Positions 1 through 12,488 of a stretch of 64,000 nt of DNA are shown here, piece after piece. The notes under the pieces were generated by a model. That model made no database searches and was not told the origin of the DNA. It saw only the letters and a program-made list of their open reading frames with translations. Made by a program: the position numbers and the translations under genes. Source of the stretch: Schizochytrium sp. TIO01 (Eukaryota; Protista; Bigyra: Labyrinthulomycetes); the NCBI GenBank assembly GCA_004764695.1, contig SMSO01000031.1, positions 3,448,436 through 3,512,435 of the forward strand, read 5' to 3'. The stretch's first letter is position 1. Every line of letters starts with the position of its first letter.

Positions 1-382
1 ACTACATAGAGGAGTCTTAGCTATCTCCCTTTTTTTCAACAAAAGGGTTTTTCCACTAACAGACTTAAAGTAAGGTTGTTATCATTCCTAGTTACTAGGC
101 ACGCCCAGCAGAAACGGAGCGCAAACTCAAGTTTTTACCGTCTTTCGAATTCTCAGTTCCTCGAAGGCAGGCTCCAGACCTCGTGGACTGGCTCAGTACC
201 GACCTCATTCTCTGCGTTACAGTTTTATTTAGCCAACAGGCGCACGCACTGTCGTACATGAGTTGAATTGGAGTTGTGTTCTTTTTCTTTGATCTCTGCA
301 ACGTTCGCAGGGTATTATTGAAGTGGTTTTGCGCGCTCTAGATTCGCCATAAACCCGACGGTGACATTAAGTATCTCCAAGG

Positions 383-3300
383 ATGATCAAAGTGCCCACG
401 GGGACACCACCGTCGAAACCAAGTACACCAGATCGTTCACAAAAGCGGTTTCCAGTTGTTCAAACCAAGGATCTTGCGCTCGAGGATGATGATACATATT
501 ACAGGCGTAGCTACGAACCAAATTGGCGCTCAAGAACGACTGTGTCACCAATTATTGATGTGACAATCACATCTCCAAACCATTTTGACCGTGAGCAGAT
601 GGCACGAAGCCAACTTGAAAGTTTTCAAGGTAGGGTCGTCGAGGAGGTAGACCAAGGTCGAGCTCCTACACCGCATTCAGCAATGGACGGCTCGCTTGAT
701 ATTCCAGGGTTTCACAGATCTTCGACTCCTCAAGTTCATGGAGAATCAGGAAAAGTTCCATTGAGTTTGGCTGCAGAATTAAAAGATATCGAACGAGCCA
801 GTCAGCAACTTCTTCAGAATATGGAACTCATGGAGCTCCGAGCATCTCGATCTGCTCATGACCTTGGTTCGCAAGATGTTCAACGGAAAGAGCAAGTCGA
901 GGCAAAGAGGAAAGCTAAGTATACCGAGACAGGGGTTCCAAAGGGCATTGGCAGTCGAACTGCGCAGCGCGCAGCTGCTCGCAAAGAGTGGAAGGAAAAG
1001 GTAGGTAAATCTATTCCCTTTCGACAACGCCCACAGTCAGCTTTCCGCCCAAACTCCCGTCCAGCTTCTCAGGCTACGCGAAGCAGCGAACATCAGAGCC
1101 AAGGGAGTCAGAATAAGAAAATCATTTCAAGAGATGCGATGATATCCGATGACAATAAGGAGAACCAAAACCGCAAACAACGCACAACTGCAGTAGCCAA
1201 CGAAAAAGCAGAAAATCGACGTTCTCAATCGCCAGCTCATAAGCCATATATTCACAAATCCCGCACAAATACACAGACCAAAAGGCTTTCAGGACACACT
1301 CTCTTGGAAAAGGAAATCAATAGAAATAACTCTCAACTTGCTCTGGGTTCTCGCAGTCGATCTTCTTCTCCTGACAAGCAACAGCAGAGAATAGAACCAT
1401 CGGCTATGGCTTCCGCTGTACATAATTTTAAAGACCCATTCCATGAAAGCCCAAAAGCGCACGGTTATATGGTTGAGGCGGAACTTGCCCGCCTTCGCAG
1501 CGAACTAGAAGCTTTGCAATCAGTGTCTACAGTACAAGCAAACCTTAAAACAGCGAAATCCGAAACCCTTGATCTTTTGGACCAATTCCCGCAATTCACA
1601 GATGCAATCAAGTCCATGGAAGAGGATACTTCAGATGCAACACGGGCCTTACATGACCGAATTGCATCTTTAGTACAAAGCTACCGTCATATGAATGAGT
1701 TGGTGGTGCGAGCACCTCTTGGCTTCATAAGCTCTGAGATGGCTAAATCAGAGGAAAAAGCGAAGCCTATATGGATGCCCCATCGAGAAGATTTTGATCA
1801 TACCCTATTACAAGCAGAAGCTCAGGATATTGCTTTTCGCAAACGACAAATTGATGCCATGCTACAAGAGTCTCACCAACCCGTATTTGATCCGTTCAGC
1901 TTTACCACAGATGGAGAGCTGGTCCAAACTATCCGAGAGAAAATTCGTCAAATAGATGCAGATATTATTGCTTTCGTCGAGGATTCATTTGCTTTCCGAG
2001 CCCGAAAAGCGAAGGATGAAGCCCGTTCAGATGCACGACATAGAGCAAGTAGGCGCCAGCCAATGTTTGCTCCGGACAAGGAAAATACGGCGATCTCCAC
2101 ATTTGAGCCGATTGCTCCATGGATGGGTCCTGAGGCATGGGCTCGGATGAGACATCCACTCGATGCTAAAGAACCTCCAAAGCCGCCTAAAATTCTCCAA
2201 ACCAAAATGCGCAAACCGCACGTACGATTTGCAAAATCAGCGTCATCAGTGCCTATCAAGCCGTACGAGGAACACGGTACTTTTGCAAAGGATGATGATC
2301 AGGGGTTTGTAGCAACAGTGGAACATCATCTCAATACAAACTCAGATGAACCACCGAGCGAGCAAGCTTTTGTGCAAGAACCCACGGTAAAGATACCTAG
2401 ACAACCCACCGCCCGTGAAAGGGTTCGTAAACGAGAAGAGGAGGCTGAAGAACGCAGACGCCGCGCGGCCGCCTCAGCCAAGCAACGTGCGCGTGAAAGG
2501 GCTCAAGCGGCAGCGAAAATCGCAAAGAACCGTGAATCGTCCCTACGCCCGATGAATCCCGAGACCAGGCTTGGAAAACATCAACCAGATGTGACTCAAG
2601 ATCATACTCCCTCTGGGGACGACGATGTACAAGAAATAAGTACAATTCTTGATGCACTAGACGATCGACGCCATACTCAGGCTGCATTTGAAGCTTCTGA
2701 ACGTGCCGCTCAAAACACACTCGGCACCCGCTTAAGAGATGGTCTTCTTGACTCAGAGAAGGGAGCTCAAGGGGATGAACCAACTTTTGGGAATATTGAC
2801 GCCATTTCGTTGGTTAGTAATGTTTCTTATAAAGAAGAGATTCAGAACACTGACAAGCCAGAACCTGAACCTGAAAAAATTGCTTTACCTGGCTCAATAA
2901 TTACAAAGATGGTCACACGCTTTTGCGAGACTTTAGGAAAGCGGAAGCAATTTGCTATGGGATTCAGCTATGATGCAGTTGGATCCCTTCTAGCCCAATG
3001 CCAACAAGGCGTTAATGCAGATCGTGATTTGTGGGTGCAGAGCCTTGCCGTAGCTCAGGCTAACTTCCTCCAAATGATGTTCGCGTACAGGATTGGACTT
3101 CAGGAAGCTTGTTTTGAGAATCTGTTGGATGAGGGCGTCCCTGTGGAAAAGATTACTCAGTTGCTGACCATTGGAGAACAATTTTTCTCTGCGATTGATG
3201 TAAAATGTATAAGTTTGCAAAAAGATGAGCAAGCAGCAATTCTAGCACTTGCTCATCAGCACATTAGTGCATCATCAATTCCTACTTCAGGAAAGATGGC

Positions 3301-5134
3301 TCTTACATCGTTGCTTGGGAGAGTCGACTTCCTTGCAACTGCAAGTGGTATTGAGGCATTTTCTTCAGCTGTGCGTGCTGCACAAGGTGTTCAGCTTGCT
3401 ATGTTGGGCCATAACATCGATGCTCGAGCACGTGCTTCGATTCAAGCAGCCTCTGCAGTCTTTACACAGAGTCCTGTTATCGCCAAGGCGTCTGCTGCAG
3501 ACTTGGCAGCTGCAATGGCAGCAGTACAAGGAACAGCACTGATATTGGCGAGGGGAGATGCTCCTTTAGGAGACCTTGAGATTTCATCTTTGGCTTCCGC
3601 AATTAGTTTTCATTGCGCAAAGAACGGTTATCCATTGCAAGAGGCTGGTCAGACTGCAGTGCGAGTCACTTTGTCAGAAAGTTTGAGGGCTCATCAGCAG
3701 GTGCTTCAAGCTCTTAAAGATGCATCTCGTCATCTTGAGGCAGAAAGAGCCTCAAGTGCGGCGGAAGAGCTTCCCCAACCCCCATCGGCAGAGTTCCTTG
3801 CACGCATTTCTAATACTGTAGACTCTGATATCGAAATGATAGAAAGCACTTTACAAGGCTCGCTTCCTTGTGGTAGGGCGTTTTCTTCTTTGTATAAAGC
3901 CTTTTATGACGACGACAATTTTGAGATGGGAGGGGCAGAACCTCTCGATACCGTCGCTGCGCGTATTGTCGTGGAGGTAGCATGTGAACGCGCAGCGAGG
4001 GCGCGGCATCTTGATAATCCCGGGTCACTTGCACGTGTTCAGCGAGATATGGTGCACCGTATCAGAGATGTGCTTGCATTGCACAAGCACCAGGCTGCAC
4101 CAGAGCCAACTCCGGCTTCGAAGCAAACATCCAATCTCGCTGATAGCATTCCTGATATTGATCAAGTTGCAACTGTGTATGTTACTGGAGAGCCGCAATG
4201 TCATGATTACCAAGACGCAAATATTGCTTCGCAAATTCCAGTTCCAGAGAGAGAATTGGGAATCAAACCGACACCTTTACAACCTTCTGTGGAGCAGCTC
4301 GAAAGCTATCTTCGTAGCGGGGTTTTAGCCGAAATGCTTGTGCGAGAGACAACTGATAGCATTGTTACTTCAGATGTAAGCGCCACAACTCATCAAGCCG
4401 GCAATTCGCTTGCAGGCGGTACCCAAGAGGAGAATCTTACTCAAGCATCATTGATTTCTGGAGGCGTTGTTCAATGGTTTATTGACCACGGGGAGCATAT
4501 CGAGCCAAGCCAGGTGAGAGATGCGGCGCGCGAAGTTGTCACTGATGCTGTTCGTTCTCTGCCTCAAACTCAAGAAAACGAACTCGAGGAATCCAGCAAG
4601 CAGCTCGAAGAAGCCTGGGACCTCGAAACAAATATGCGACCTTGGTCCGATGAAAATATTCTTAGTCTTGTGACAAACCTTGTGCTTGCTCAACTTAGTT
4701 CTACAAATCAGGCTTCTGCCGAAGCCTCTGAGAATGCCGAGTCAACTCAAAAAAGTAAAGGTTCACCGCGAGACTCACTTGAAATTGCATCCAATGCGGC
4801 CCTGGCCTCTAGACTGGCTGCTGAAGCTGCCGAACGAGGATTCAAATCTCGTGAGGAGGACGTGCGCAGTCGCGAGCGTGAGCTTGTGGAGCATGAACAA
4901 CGACTTGCCTTGCGTGAGGCAGAAGCACGCACTTTAGCTGCTCAAACTGAACTTCGACTCAAGGAAGAGTCATTATCACGCCTTGCGTCAGAGTCGTCAA
5001 CAAGGCAAGAGCTTCTTATTGAACAAGAGCGGCAGAGAGCTGCAAACCTTGAAGCTGCTCTTGATAAGTTTGGTTCTTTACAAATGCAAACTCTTACTGT
5101 AGCATTAGATCGCATGCAATCTCTCTTTACAACA

Positions 5135-5170
<36 letters not shown>

Positions 5171-6067
5171 CAGCAATTTCAGCAAGACAGTCTAGCTACT
5201 CGTTTGATGCTCACTCAAGGTCACGATGTAAGCCCCTCGTCTGTACATCATGTGGTCTCTCTTGCTACGCAAACTGAAGATGGAGATCTCGAAGCCAGCA
5301 CGACAGAGCAGATGCGGTCAGTTGTGTCTCTTGCTGTCGAGACAGTATATGAAGAAGCAACCACGGACATACATCTCGAAGAAACCAAGACAGATGCGCA
5401 AGCCTTATGGACGGACGTTGCATCTCAAATAGAGAGTAAAACAACAGGCCTAGAGGATACAGACACTGCATCAACTCATTCAGCATCCAATCGACCAAGC
5501 ATTCCGAACAACGACCGCTCTGATGCCGAAGATAGCATTGGTGAAAGATCGCATGATTTGGATCAATCACAATATGCGGAGGGAAAAGATCTGTCTGCAT
5601 TGGATATCTCAGCTGTTCATGAGCCTCCTTCACCTGAAGCTGAGTCGGTAGGGACATCTTTCACTCTGGTTTTGCCCAAGGCACATGCTCGCCAACATGG
5701 GGGTGTGCGTTCATTCATGACGCCTGCACTGGAACAAGAATCCAACAAGGCTACCTCATCCAAGGGATTTCAGGCAACCTTGCTGGAGTGGTCTTCCAGT
5801 GATGAAGACGATGATGATAATGACGGAGGGGCTTCGCATGACTCTCGTTCGTTATCGGAAGGCGAGCTTGATGTTGCGGCAGGTGATTTTAGTGATGGCG
5901 AGGAGGTACCTTTGACCATGGCGTACAGAAGCGCTCTCCAGCCAGCTGTTACGGGAGCCCCTTGGGAAGCTGGGAAAATGCCAAATATCGAGACCTTATA
6001 TTCAAAGAATGTGTCTGTCCCAAGTTCGCCAGGAGCAGAATCAGTGTCATCTCTTTCCTCTGGGTAA
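383..6067 (+). CDS. Large coiled-coil/low-complexity protein (1894 aa), probably TALPID3/KIAA0586-like centriolar protein
   Basis: Uninterrupted 5.7-kb ORF with coiled-coil stretches and poly-Q. SGGVVQWFIDHGEHIEPSQVRDAAREVVTDAV resembles the TALPID3 block [31 protein letters not shown] as recalled; C-terminal SLSEGEL/FSDGEE motifs. The CDS is secure, the family call tentative. Confidence 0.6.
5135..5176 (+). repeat. CAG/CAA repeat encoding Q14
   Basis: (CAG)9(CAA)3CAGCAA in frame in the 1894-aa ORF. Confidence 0.95.
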
Positions 6068-6325
6068 AACTCTCAATCGAGAGAAGATATATATGGATCA
6101 CTCAGAGGTTGCAAGCAACTATTGTATGCGTCTTGTTGATGAATTTAAAAAGGTTAGATAGGCATATAGATAGAGAAATTGAAAGAAAACATGATATTAT
6201 CGTAAATTTTGTTTGTTTAATATATGGTGTAAACATATGCATATTTTCTATGTTTGGAACGTGTTAGATGTATTCATGGGTCAAATTTAATGCTTGGTAG
6301 TATCAGGGTAAGGATATATGAGCAA

Positions 6326-7174
6326 TCAGATCTCGTCTGGCTCGCCGAACATAGCAAGCTTGGCACGAGAACCAGACTTCTGAGGAAGATAGCACTTGCG
6401 AAGCAGCAGAAAAGTATCAGAGCTGACTGCGGGCATGGTAAGAACGTGATAGTTTTTCACATCTCTGTCCAGGTCAAAAAGAATTATACCCTCCGGATTC
6501 TGCAAGAACTTAGCCAGGGCACCAGTCTCGGCGAGTTTAAGGATGCGGTTCGGGGTGCCAATAGCAGCGTCGAGTTTGCTGCCAGGGCCTTGAAGGTACT
6601 TAACCTGCTCTTCAAGTTTCATATGTTTGGCAAAGAGTTTTCCAACAGGCCGTTGGAGACTAGACAAATTCTTGAGCATCTCGCAAGCGCGCACAGCAGA
6701 GCGTGTGATGATGAGAACAGTGCTTTTCTTCTTAGAGTCGAGGTGTTTCTTCAAGTTGCCTAAAGTCTTACTACAGGACTCCATGCTCCAAAAATCTGCC
6801 TCCACGTACGGCTGAACGCCAGGGTAGAGCTCCAGTTTGGACAGCTTGCTCCCATCTGTCTCATAGCGGTGTTGAAACCACGCGTGCACGGAGCCTCCAC
6901 TTTCTTCAAGAGAGACATCCTGGCGCTCCTTAGTTCGCTGTTTGCTGGACATGCTCTGAGCACCTTTCTTGCCATTCTTCTTCTTGGTCTTTTTGGGTTT
7001 GCTTGAATCAGATTCATCCGTGACTTTAGCTTTCTTCTGTTTCTTCTGATCCTTTTTAGTCGCTCCAGCAGTGCCTTCATGGGTTGATTTACTCACATCT
7101 TCTTCATCGCGAGGCCGTTTCTTCGAGGCAGTGGCTGCAGCATCTCCACCGATGCGAGCATCCAAAATGGCCAT
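6326..7174 (-). CDS. CMS1: CMS1/CMSS1 90S pre-ribosome factor
   Basis: VLIITRSAVRACEML, KLFAKHMKLEEQV and IGTPNRILKL family motifs; Lys-rich N-terminus. Confidence 0.9.
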   Translation of the reverse strand: MAILDARIGGDAAATASKKRPRDEEDVSKSTHEGTAGATKKDQKKQKKAKVTDESDSSKPKKTKKKNGKKGAQSMSSKQRTKERQDVSLEESGGSVHAWFQHRYETDGSKLSKLELYPGVQPYVEADFWSMESCSKTLGNLKKHLDSKKKSTVLIITRSAVRACEMLKNLSSLQRPVGKLFAKHMKLEEQVKYLQGPGSKLDAAIGTPNRILKLAETGALAKFLQNPEGIILFDLDRDVKNYHVLTMPAVSSDTFLLLRKCYLPQKSGSRAKLAMFGEPDEI

Positions 7175-8099
7175 GGCAGGTCAGGAAATCCACGCTGCAA
7201 AACTCCCGAAGCTCTTTTGGTGAGCTCGTGATCCAATGACAATCTGGCGAGCCTAACTTGTCTCTTGAAATCCTGATTCCTTTCAGGTTTGCTTGCACAA
7301 TCTCAAGTCGATATTGGGCTCTTCATTCTGTGCCACACATAATTTTATTTCCTTCAGTCATCATAGTAGTAGGAGTAAGAGAGAGTGTCTGGAGACCAGC
7401 CACCCATTTGCAGACTGCGCAACCCAGATAGCCGTTGAGATAAGGCCATCTTCGACGATTTCTTTCTTTCTGTGTTGCGTGCTACAGAAACTAGGGATTT
7501 GGAGAAATGAGAAGCCCAGCGGGGGAATAAGCAAAATAGATTAATTGCATGTGCATAGGCGATTCTTGCGTCCGTGAGCACCAATCATAGCCTTGAGAAT
7601 ATTTGAGAGCTTGGAAAGCCTTATTAAAGTTTGGGCAGAGTACCAACTTGCAGAGAAGCGTATATTACGAGGGTAACGGGAACCTGCTGCAGAGAGAATC
7701 TGCAGTGTTGATATAAAGAGGTTCCCGGAGGAGTGCAATAGTAAATATTTAAAGAGATAGCCTTACTGATTGTTGTTGGGGAAACAATACTAGACGAGTC
7801 AGTAATTAGTTGAGAGTAGTTGGAAAACGGGAACGAATAGTAGCAAGAAGGAAACGAGAAAACCAGCAATAGCAAGACGAGGGCGTTAGTATCATTTAAC
7901 CACCCAGTCACGGAAGGCCTTGTACACGCATATGTGCAGCTTTGGTGTTGAGGCAAACAGCTAAATAGTTCTTTTACCACTCGACCTTGTTTACCTGCAC
8001 CCTGCAGCTAGGTCATTTGGCTTAGTTGTAAGGGCAAGTGCTCGGAGGGCAGCTTCTCTTGTTACGTTAAAGTTGGATTCTTGAGCAGCGCCTGTTGAA

Positions 8100-10691
8100 A
8101 TGGCTGAGGTACTATGTAAGCGCGCCATCGCAAATGATGATGGCTCACAAGCAGCTGTTTCCATTATTTTCAACAAAAAGCATCCTTTTGAGTTCAACGT
8201 AAGGTTGCATGTCTTGCCAGACGGAACAGATCTAAGCGTTTGGATTGCAGATGGTGAAGCATCTGGTCAAACCTCATTCGATTCTCTCCAGGCTCGGGCA
8301 AAGGTTCTCGCGAATGCTATTCAGTTTCTGCCAAAATTCAATGGCAAAGATGAGCCTACGTTATATATTGATGCAAAAGCAGTAGACCCTCCTTTGACTT
8401 TAACGCGGGGCGTCAAAGTGCAAGTTTACGATGATTCTTGCAAGGTTTGGCGTCTTGGCAAAGTGTCTCGAGTTCGCCAAAATGGGACAGTGAATGTGCA
8501 ATATACTGATGCGACCAAGGGCCAAAGTATACCACGACAAAATGTTCGTATTATGGGACGTTTTCGGCCTGGACAATATAATATCATCTCCTCCAAAACT
8601 TCTTCTAGCGAAGGTATAAACACCAGATCAAAAGAATCGAACCGAGATCCGGAGGGTGACTGGAGGGAAACCGAGGAAGACCACAAAAATCCTCGCTCGC
8701 ATTATGCTTCTCGTGATGATGATGCATCAGTTGATTTACACCAACCTCCAAACCGACTAGAGTCCCCTGACCCTCGGATTTCTGCAGATCCCTCCAAGCT
8801 TCCTCGGGAGTTAAATGTACCTCCGTTGCAATTTTCCAGCCGTGGTGATTCTTCGAAAAAACGGACCGATGAAGCAGACAGTAACGAACAGTATCCGACA
8901 AGCCGTGGGGATGAAGAATTTCCCACCGTTGACAATAGCTCTCGATTCGCTGAGACAAAATCACCACATTCCAGTATCGCGCAATGTCCTGCTTCAGTAA
9001 GAAGTCAGGATTCAATGCAAAAATCTCCTCGGAGCGCATTGAACAATGGAGGAAAGAATGATGCCGGTCGTGTTAGTGAGAATGGCGATGTTGATGATAG
9101 CACAGATGTGCCTGGAAAAATATCGCATCGTGAACCAACAGGAGATCCACCAAGAGCCGTTGATAGGGAAGGATCTTTTGATTTTCGGCAAATAGATGAT
9201 AGCTTGGATGATGGGAATAGTCGAGGGCCACGAATTGTGAAACCATTAAAGAGCACTGCTGAAAACAGCAATGAACCTGCACCAAATGTTTCAATAAGAA
9301 TCCCAAGTGACATCGATACCAACGAAGAGAGCATTGATAAAGATATTACAGAACGGGTTGGTGAGATCGGTAAGAGTGGCTTAGTTAGGGTGTATACAAT
9401 CACTTATAACGCTGGTTGGGCATGGAATTTGCCAAAAAAACTATTGAAAGATCTTATCCCATTTGGATACGATATTTATTGTATTGCGCTACAAGCGCTG
9501 AACATGGATTCGAGGAGTGTTTGTGGAGCTATTATGGCTGTAATGCCGCATGGGTTTGCTGAATTGCGTACGGTATCAGTGAACAATATGCACACAGTCG
9601 TTCTGGCCCATGCTGTATTGTTCCCGCTTCTTTCTGATATATCAAGTGACTACATACCGATAGGGTGTGATGATGATACAAACAACAATAGAGATGCCGA
9701 CATAGATAGTACCGTACCGGAGCTCACAACTTCTGCGCAAAACCGAGAGAGTCGTTTGAAGGGCGCACAAGCGGTGACCTTTGCGCTATTGACAAAGACT
9801 TTTCTATTTGTCAACTGTTTCCTAGAGCCAAGCCATAGTGCAAGTGGCGATCTATCGCGCAAATTCAATTATTCTGAAGTTAACTCACGCGTGCGAGCAC
9901 CAACAGGGAGGTATGAGTTGAGTAAACCTTTAGCTAAACGCGCTGATTATGTTTGGTGGATGGGTGGTTTCAATTATCGCCTTAATATGAACGACTACAG
10001 CAGTGGGTGGAGACTGCTTCAGAGTGGCAAGCTTTCCGAGCTCTTGAGGAAGTTCGATGGACTGCATAATAGTGGGATGTACACGGACTATGAAGAAATG
10101 CAAATAAGATTCCCTCCAACATACCCATATACATATACAAGACGTGATTCCTCGCCCAAAATACCAGTGCTTGATGAGGAAAAGTTATCCGGCTTGGGTG
10201 AGGAAGAACCTTCTATTGATACTGGGAAGGCAAAGACAAATCAAGATAGCGATGAAGCAACGCCTAGAGAAGAGGACACTAGAGATGAAGAGGTCGAAGG
10301 CCCAGCTAACTTTAGCGATGCTGAATTTCCTGCATGGTGTGATCGAATTTTGGTCAATCAAATCCTTTCTGGAGAAGAAGGTCAAGAGTCTCGATCAGAG
10401 CGCAGGGCCTTGGATTACATGAGCTCTGATGGGCAACACTTTTCTTCTCATCACGCAGTTTATGCCCTATTCGAGGTTCGAATTAGCGAGCCTCGAAGCC
10501 TTTTCTTAACTTGGGCTGGGAAGAACGCTATTTTCCAAGAGGCATTAGAAATTGGATTTGAGGAAATAAACAAGCATGATATTGCTGAGAAGAAAGCTAC
10601 TCAAAAGGCCGCTCAAAAGGCCGCCCAGAAGAACCGAAAAGTTGCTGCTATTAAAGACAGCACGAAGTCGAAGGTGTGCGCCATTCAGTAG
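8100..10691 (+). CDS. Inositol polyphosphate 5-phosphatase-like (INPP5E-like) protein with degenerate active site, N-terminal Tudor/SH3-like domain and C-terminal CaaX
   Basis: IPPc motifs in order: ITYNAG, DIYCIALQ, KGAQAVTF, WWMGGFNYRL, FPPTY, PAWCDRIL, SSHHAVYALF; ends in a polybasic stretch plus CAIQ. Confidence 0.8.
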   Translation: MAEVLCKRAIANDDGSQAAVSIIFNKKHPFEFNVRLHVLPDGTDLSVWIADGEASGQTSFDSLQARAKVLANAIQFLPKFNGKDEPTLYIDAKAVDPPLTLTRGVKVQVYDDSCKVWRLGKVSRVRQNGTVNVQYTDATKGQSIPRQNVRIMGRFRPGQYNIISSKTSSSEGINTRSKESNRDPEGDWRETEEDHKNPRSHYASRDDDASVDLHQPPNRLESPDPRISADPSKLPRELNVPPLQFSSRGDSSKKRTDEADSNEQYPTSRGDEEFPTVDNSSRFAETKSPHSSIAQCPASVRSQDSMQKSPRSALNNGGKNDAGRVSENGDVDDSTDVPGKISHREPTGDPPRAVDREGSFDFRQIDDSLDDGNSRGPRIVKPLKSTAENSNEPAPNVSIRIPSDIDTNEESIDKDITERVGEIGKSGLVRVYTITYNAGWAWNLPKKLLKDLIPFGYDIYCIALQALNMDSRSVCGAIMAVMPHGFAELRTVSVNNMHTVVLAHAVLFPLLSDISSDYIPIGCDDDTNNNRDADIDSTVPELTTSAQNRESRLKGAQAVTFALLTKTFLFVNCFLEPSHSASGDLSRKFNYSEVNSRVRAPTGRYELSKPLAKRADYVWWMGGFNYRLNMNDYSSGWRLLQSGKLSELLRKFDGLHNSGMYTDYEEMQIRFPPTYPYTYTRRDSSPKIPVLDEEKLSGLGEEEPSIDTGKAKTNQDSDEATPREEDTRDEEVEGPANFSDAEFPAWCDRILVNQILSGEEGQESRSERRALDYMSSDGQHFSSHHAVYALFEVRISEPRSLFLTWAGKNAIFQEALEIGFEEINKHDIAEKKATQKAAQKAAQKNRKVAAIKDSTKSKVCAIQ

Positions 10692-11626
10692 TGAAGGCTC
10701 TGAGGCTGAACATATTTGTGTTTACTATAGACAGATACATCACTCCAAACTTATTACTTTACCTTCAATCATTTCAATCACGCTTCTTTATAGCATGGGA
10801 CCTACTTCATAGAATTAAAGAATAAGCCCCAGTTGGACATGTGTACTACAACACGCAATGCCCCTCATCATGTGAAAAAGCTTCCCCTTTCATGAAAAAA
10901 GAACAGAAGAGCTTTTTATAACAAGGGCGCACTGTAGAAGCTAAATAGTTAACGAGGAAACTCTTTGCCATATGGCCTTCCTAACATCTATTAGAAAATG
11001 GGCAGTCTCATTAGGATGCGTTTTTTCTAACATAGCTCATCTTTGTCTTTATTAATTAGTTCACATTTATCATAGATAGCTGAGTGGGTAATGTAGGGTT
11101 TGCAAGCGCGGTCGCAAAGGTATCATACAAACCAATTTGCAGTATCAGATCCGAAAGAAAAGGCTCATTTCATTCTTCAACACTGTAACTCACATTGACC
11201 ATGTGTCTACATGGTACAATTGTTATTTCTGACCAATACGATCCTTTGTTCAAATTCAGGGACTCCCCGGGCTATCCTTACTGGGTCCGGCACTGATCAC
11301 CCAAAGATGAGTCATCTAAGGACAAAGTCGCTTTACAGGAAATATCAAACTCATCATTTTTAGCTTCGGTCAGAAGAGTTCAAACAATGTTAATAGAACT
11401 CATTTCAGGCTAACCATATTATGCCCTTATTGTTGCCGAGTTATTTGGATGTCAATTCACTGAATGTCCTGCCCTCATACACTTTTCCAGTTATGATTAT
11501 TTTGGAATCACACGTTTCATACTTCGTTGGTACAACCAACATACAGTTCAGCTTGGAAAGCCCAGATTCAACTTTAGTCAGGCTATCTTTTATGCAGAGT
11601 CTGACCATTAGACATGACAGACTCTT

Positions 11627-12133
11627 TTAGTCGATGAGCCCCCTAGGCGGGGCGGGAAGGTACGGGATCTTGCCGGCTTGGCGCAACTTTCTGTACGCAT
11701 TGCGAATATGCATGGGATGAATGGGGCCTTTAAAATCGCTCATATCCTCCCTCGCCAGCTCAATAAGCTCTCCCGCAAAGATCTTGGCTACACCACCAAG
11801 AGCTACAGCCATTTCATTGCTCACAGAGTCCACACCTGCAACACGTTGAATAACTTTCTTCACCTTATTCTTATCAAAGTGCGACCTGCGGAAGGCCTCA
11901 TAGCGCTCCATCTGATCCGTAGAAAACGTCGCTAGAAGTGCCGTTAGACGCTGACGGTCTTCGAGCTCTGCGTCACGCTCTGCCTTGGTAGATCCAATGC
12001 CGCCTCCACCAGGCATCGCAGCGGTGGTAGCGGGGTCGATGGCCTTCTTCTTCTTGCCAAGCTTCTTCTTCTTGGCCGAGGGCATGTCCGCATCCGAGAG
12101 CCGCCTTTTCAGGCCAGCTGAAGAGTCCTCCAT
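11627..12133 (-). CDS. TAF11: TFIID subunit TAF11 (histone fold)
   Basis: QMERYEAFRRSHF, GVAKIFAGELIELAR and GPIHPMHIRNAYRKL; start set at the first ATG (MEDSS). Confidence 0.92.
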   Translation of the reverse strand: MEDSSAGLKRRLSDADMPSAKKKKLGKKKKAIDPATTAAMPGGGGIGSTKAERDAELEDRQRLTALLATFSTDQMERYEAFRRSHFDKNKVKKVIQRVAGVDSVSNEMAVALGGVAKIFAGELIELAREDMSDFKGPIHPMHIRNAYRKLRQAGKIPYLPAPPRGLID

Positions 12134-12488
12134 CGTAAGAGAGCAAGGATGGCCAAGGCTTGCACTGGTGAAGACCTTCAATAGCTTTTCGCAACCGTCG
12201 CTCGCCGCTACCCTTGGGGCGTCTTCAGGTTGTGAGTTTGATTGTGATTTGACAGCTATATCAAAGGAAGGAAGGTATTGATTTTTTTCATCATTTTTAC
12301 CTAAGTACGTAAATAGGTACCTAGTAGGTATATTGTTATTATTTTTTTACCTTCGCCAATTTTTCTCAAATGCAGGCTAGGTACTATGAACGAACGATTT
12401 CCACAGAAAGTATTCACAAAAGGTTTACATACACTTGGTTTGGAAAACTGCTGATTGTGCGTTCACAGAGGCTCGCTCTAAGGCAGAG

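Noticed and set aside
95-301. Possible first micro-exon (ATGTACGACA|GTGCGT) of a minus-strand gene leaving the window
   Set aside because: No downstream exon is visible in the window, so it cannot be supported
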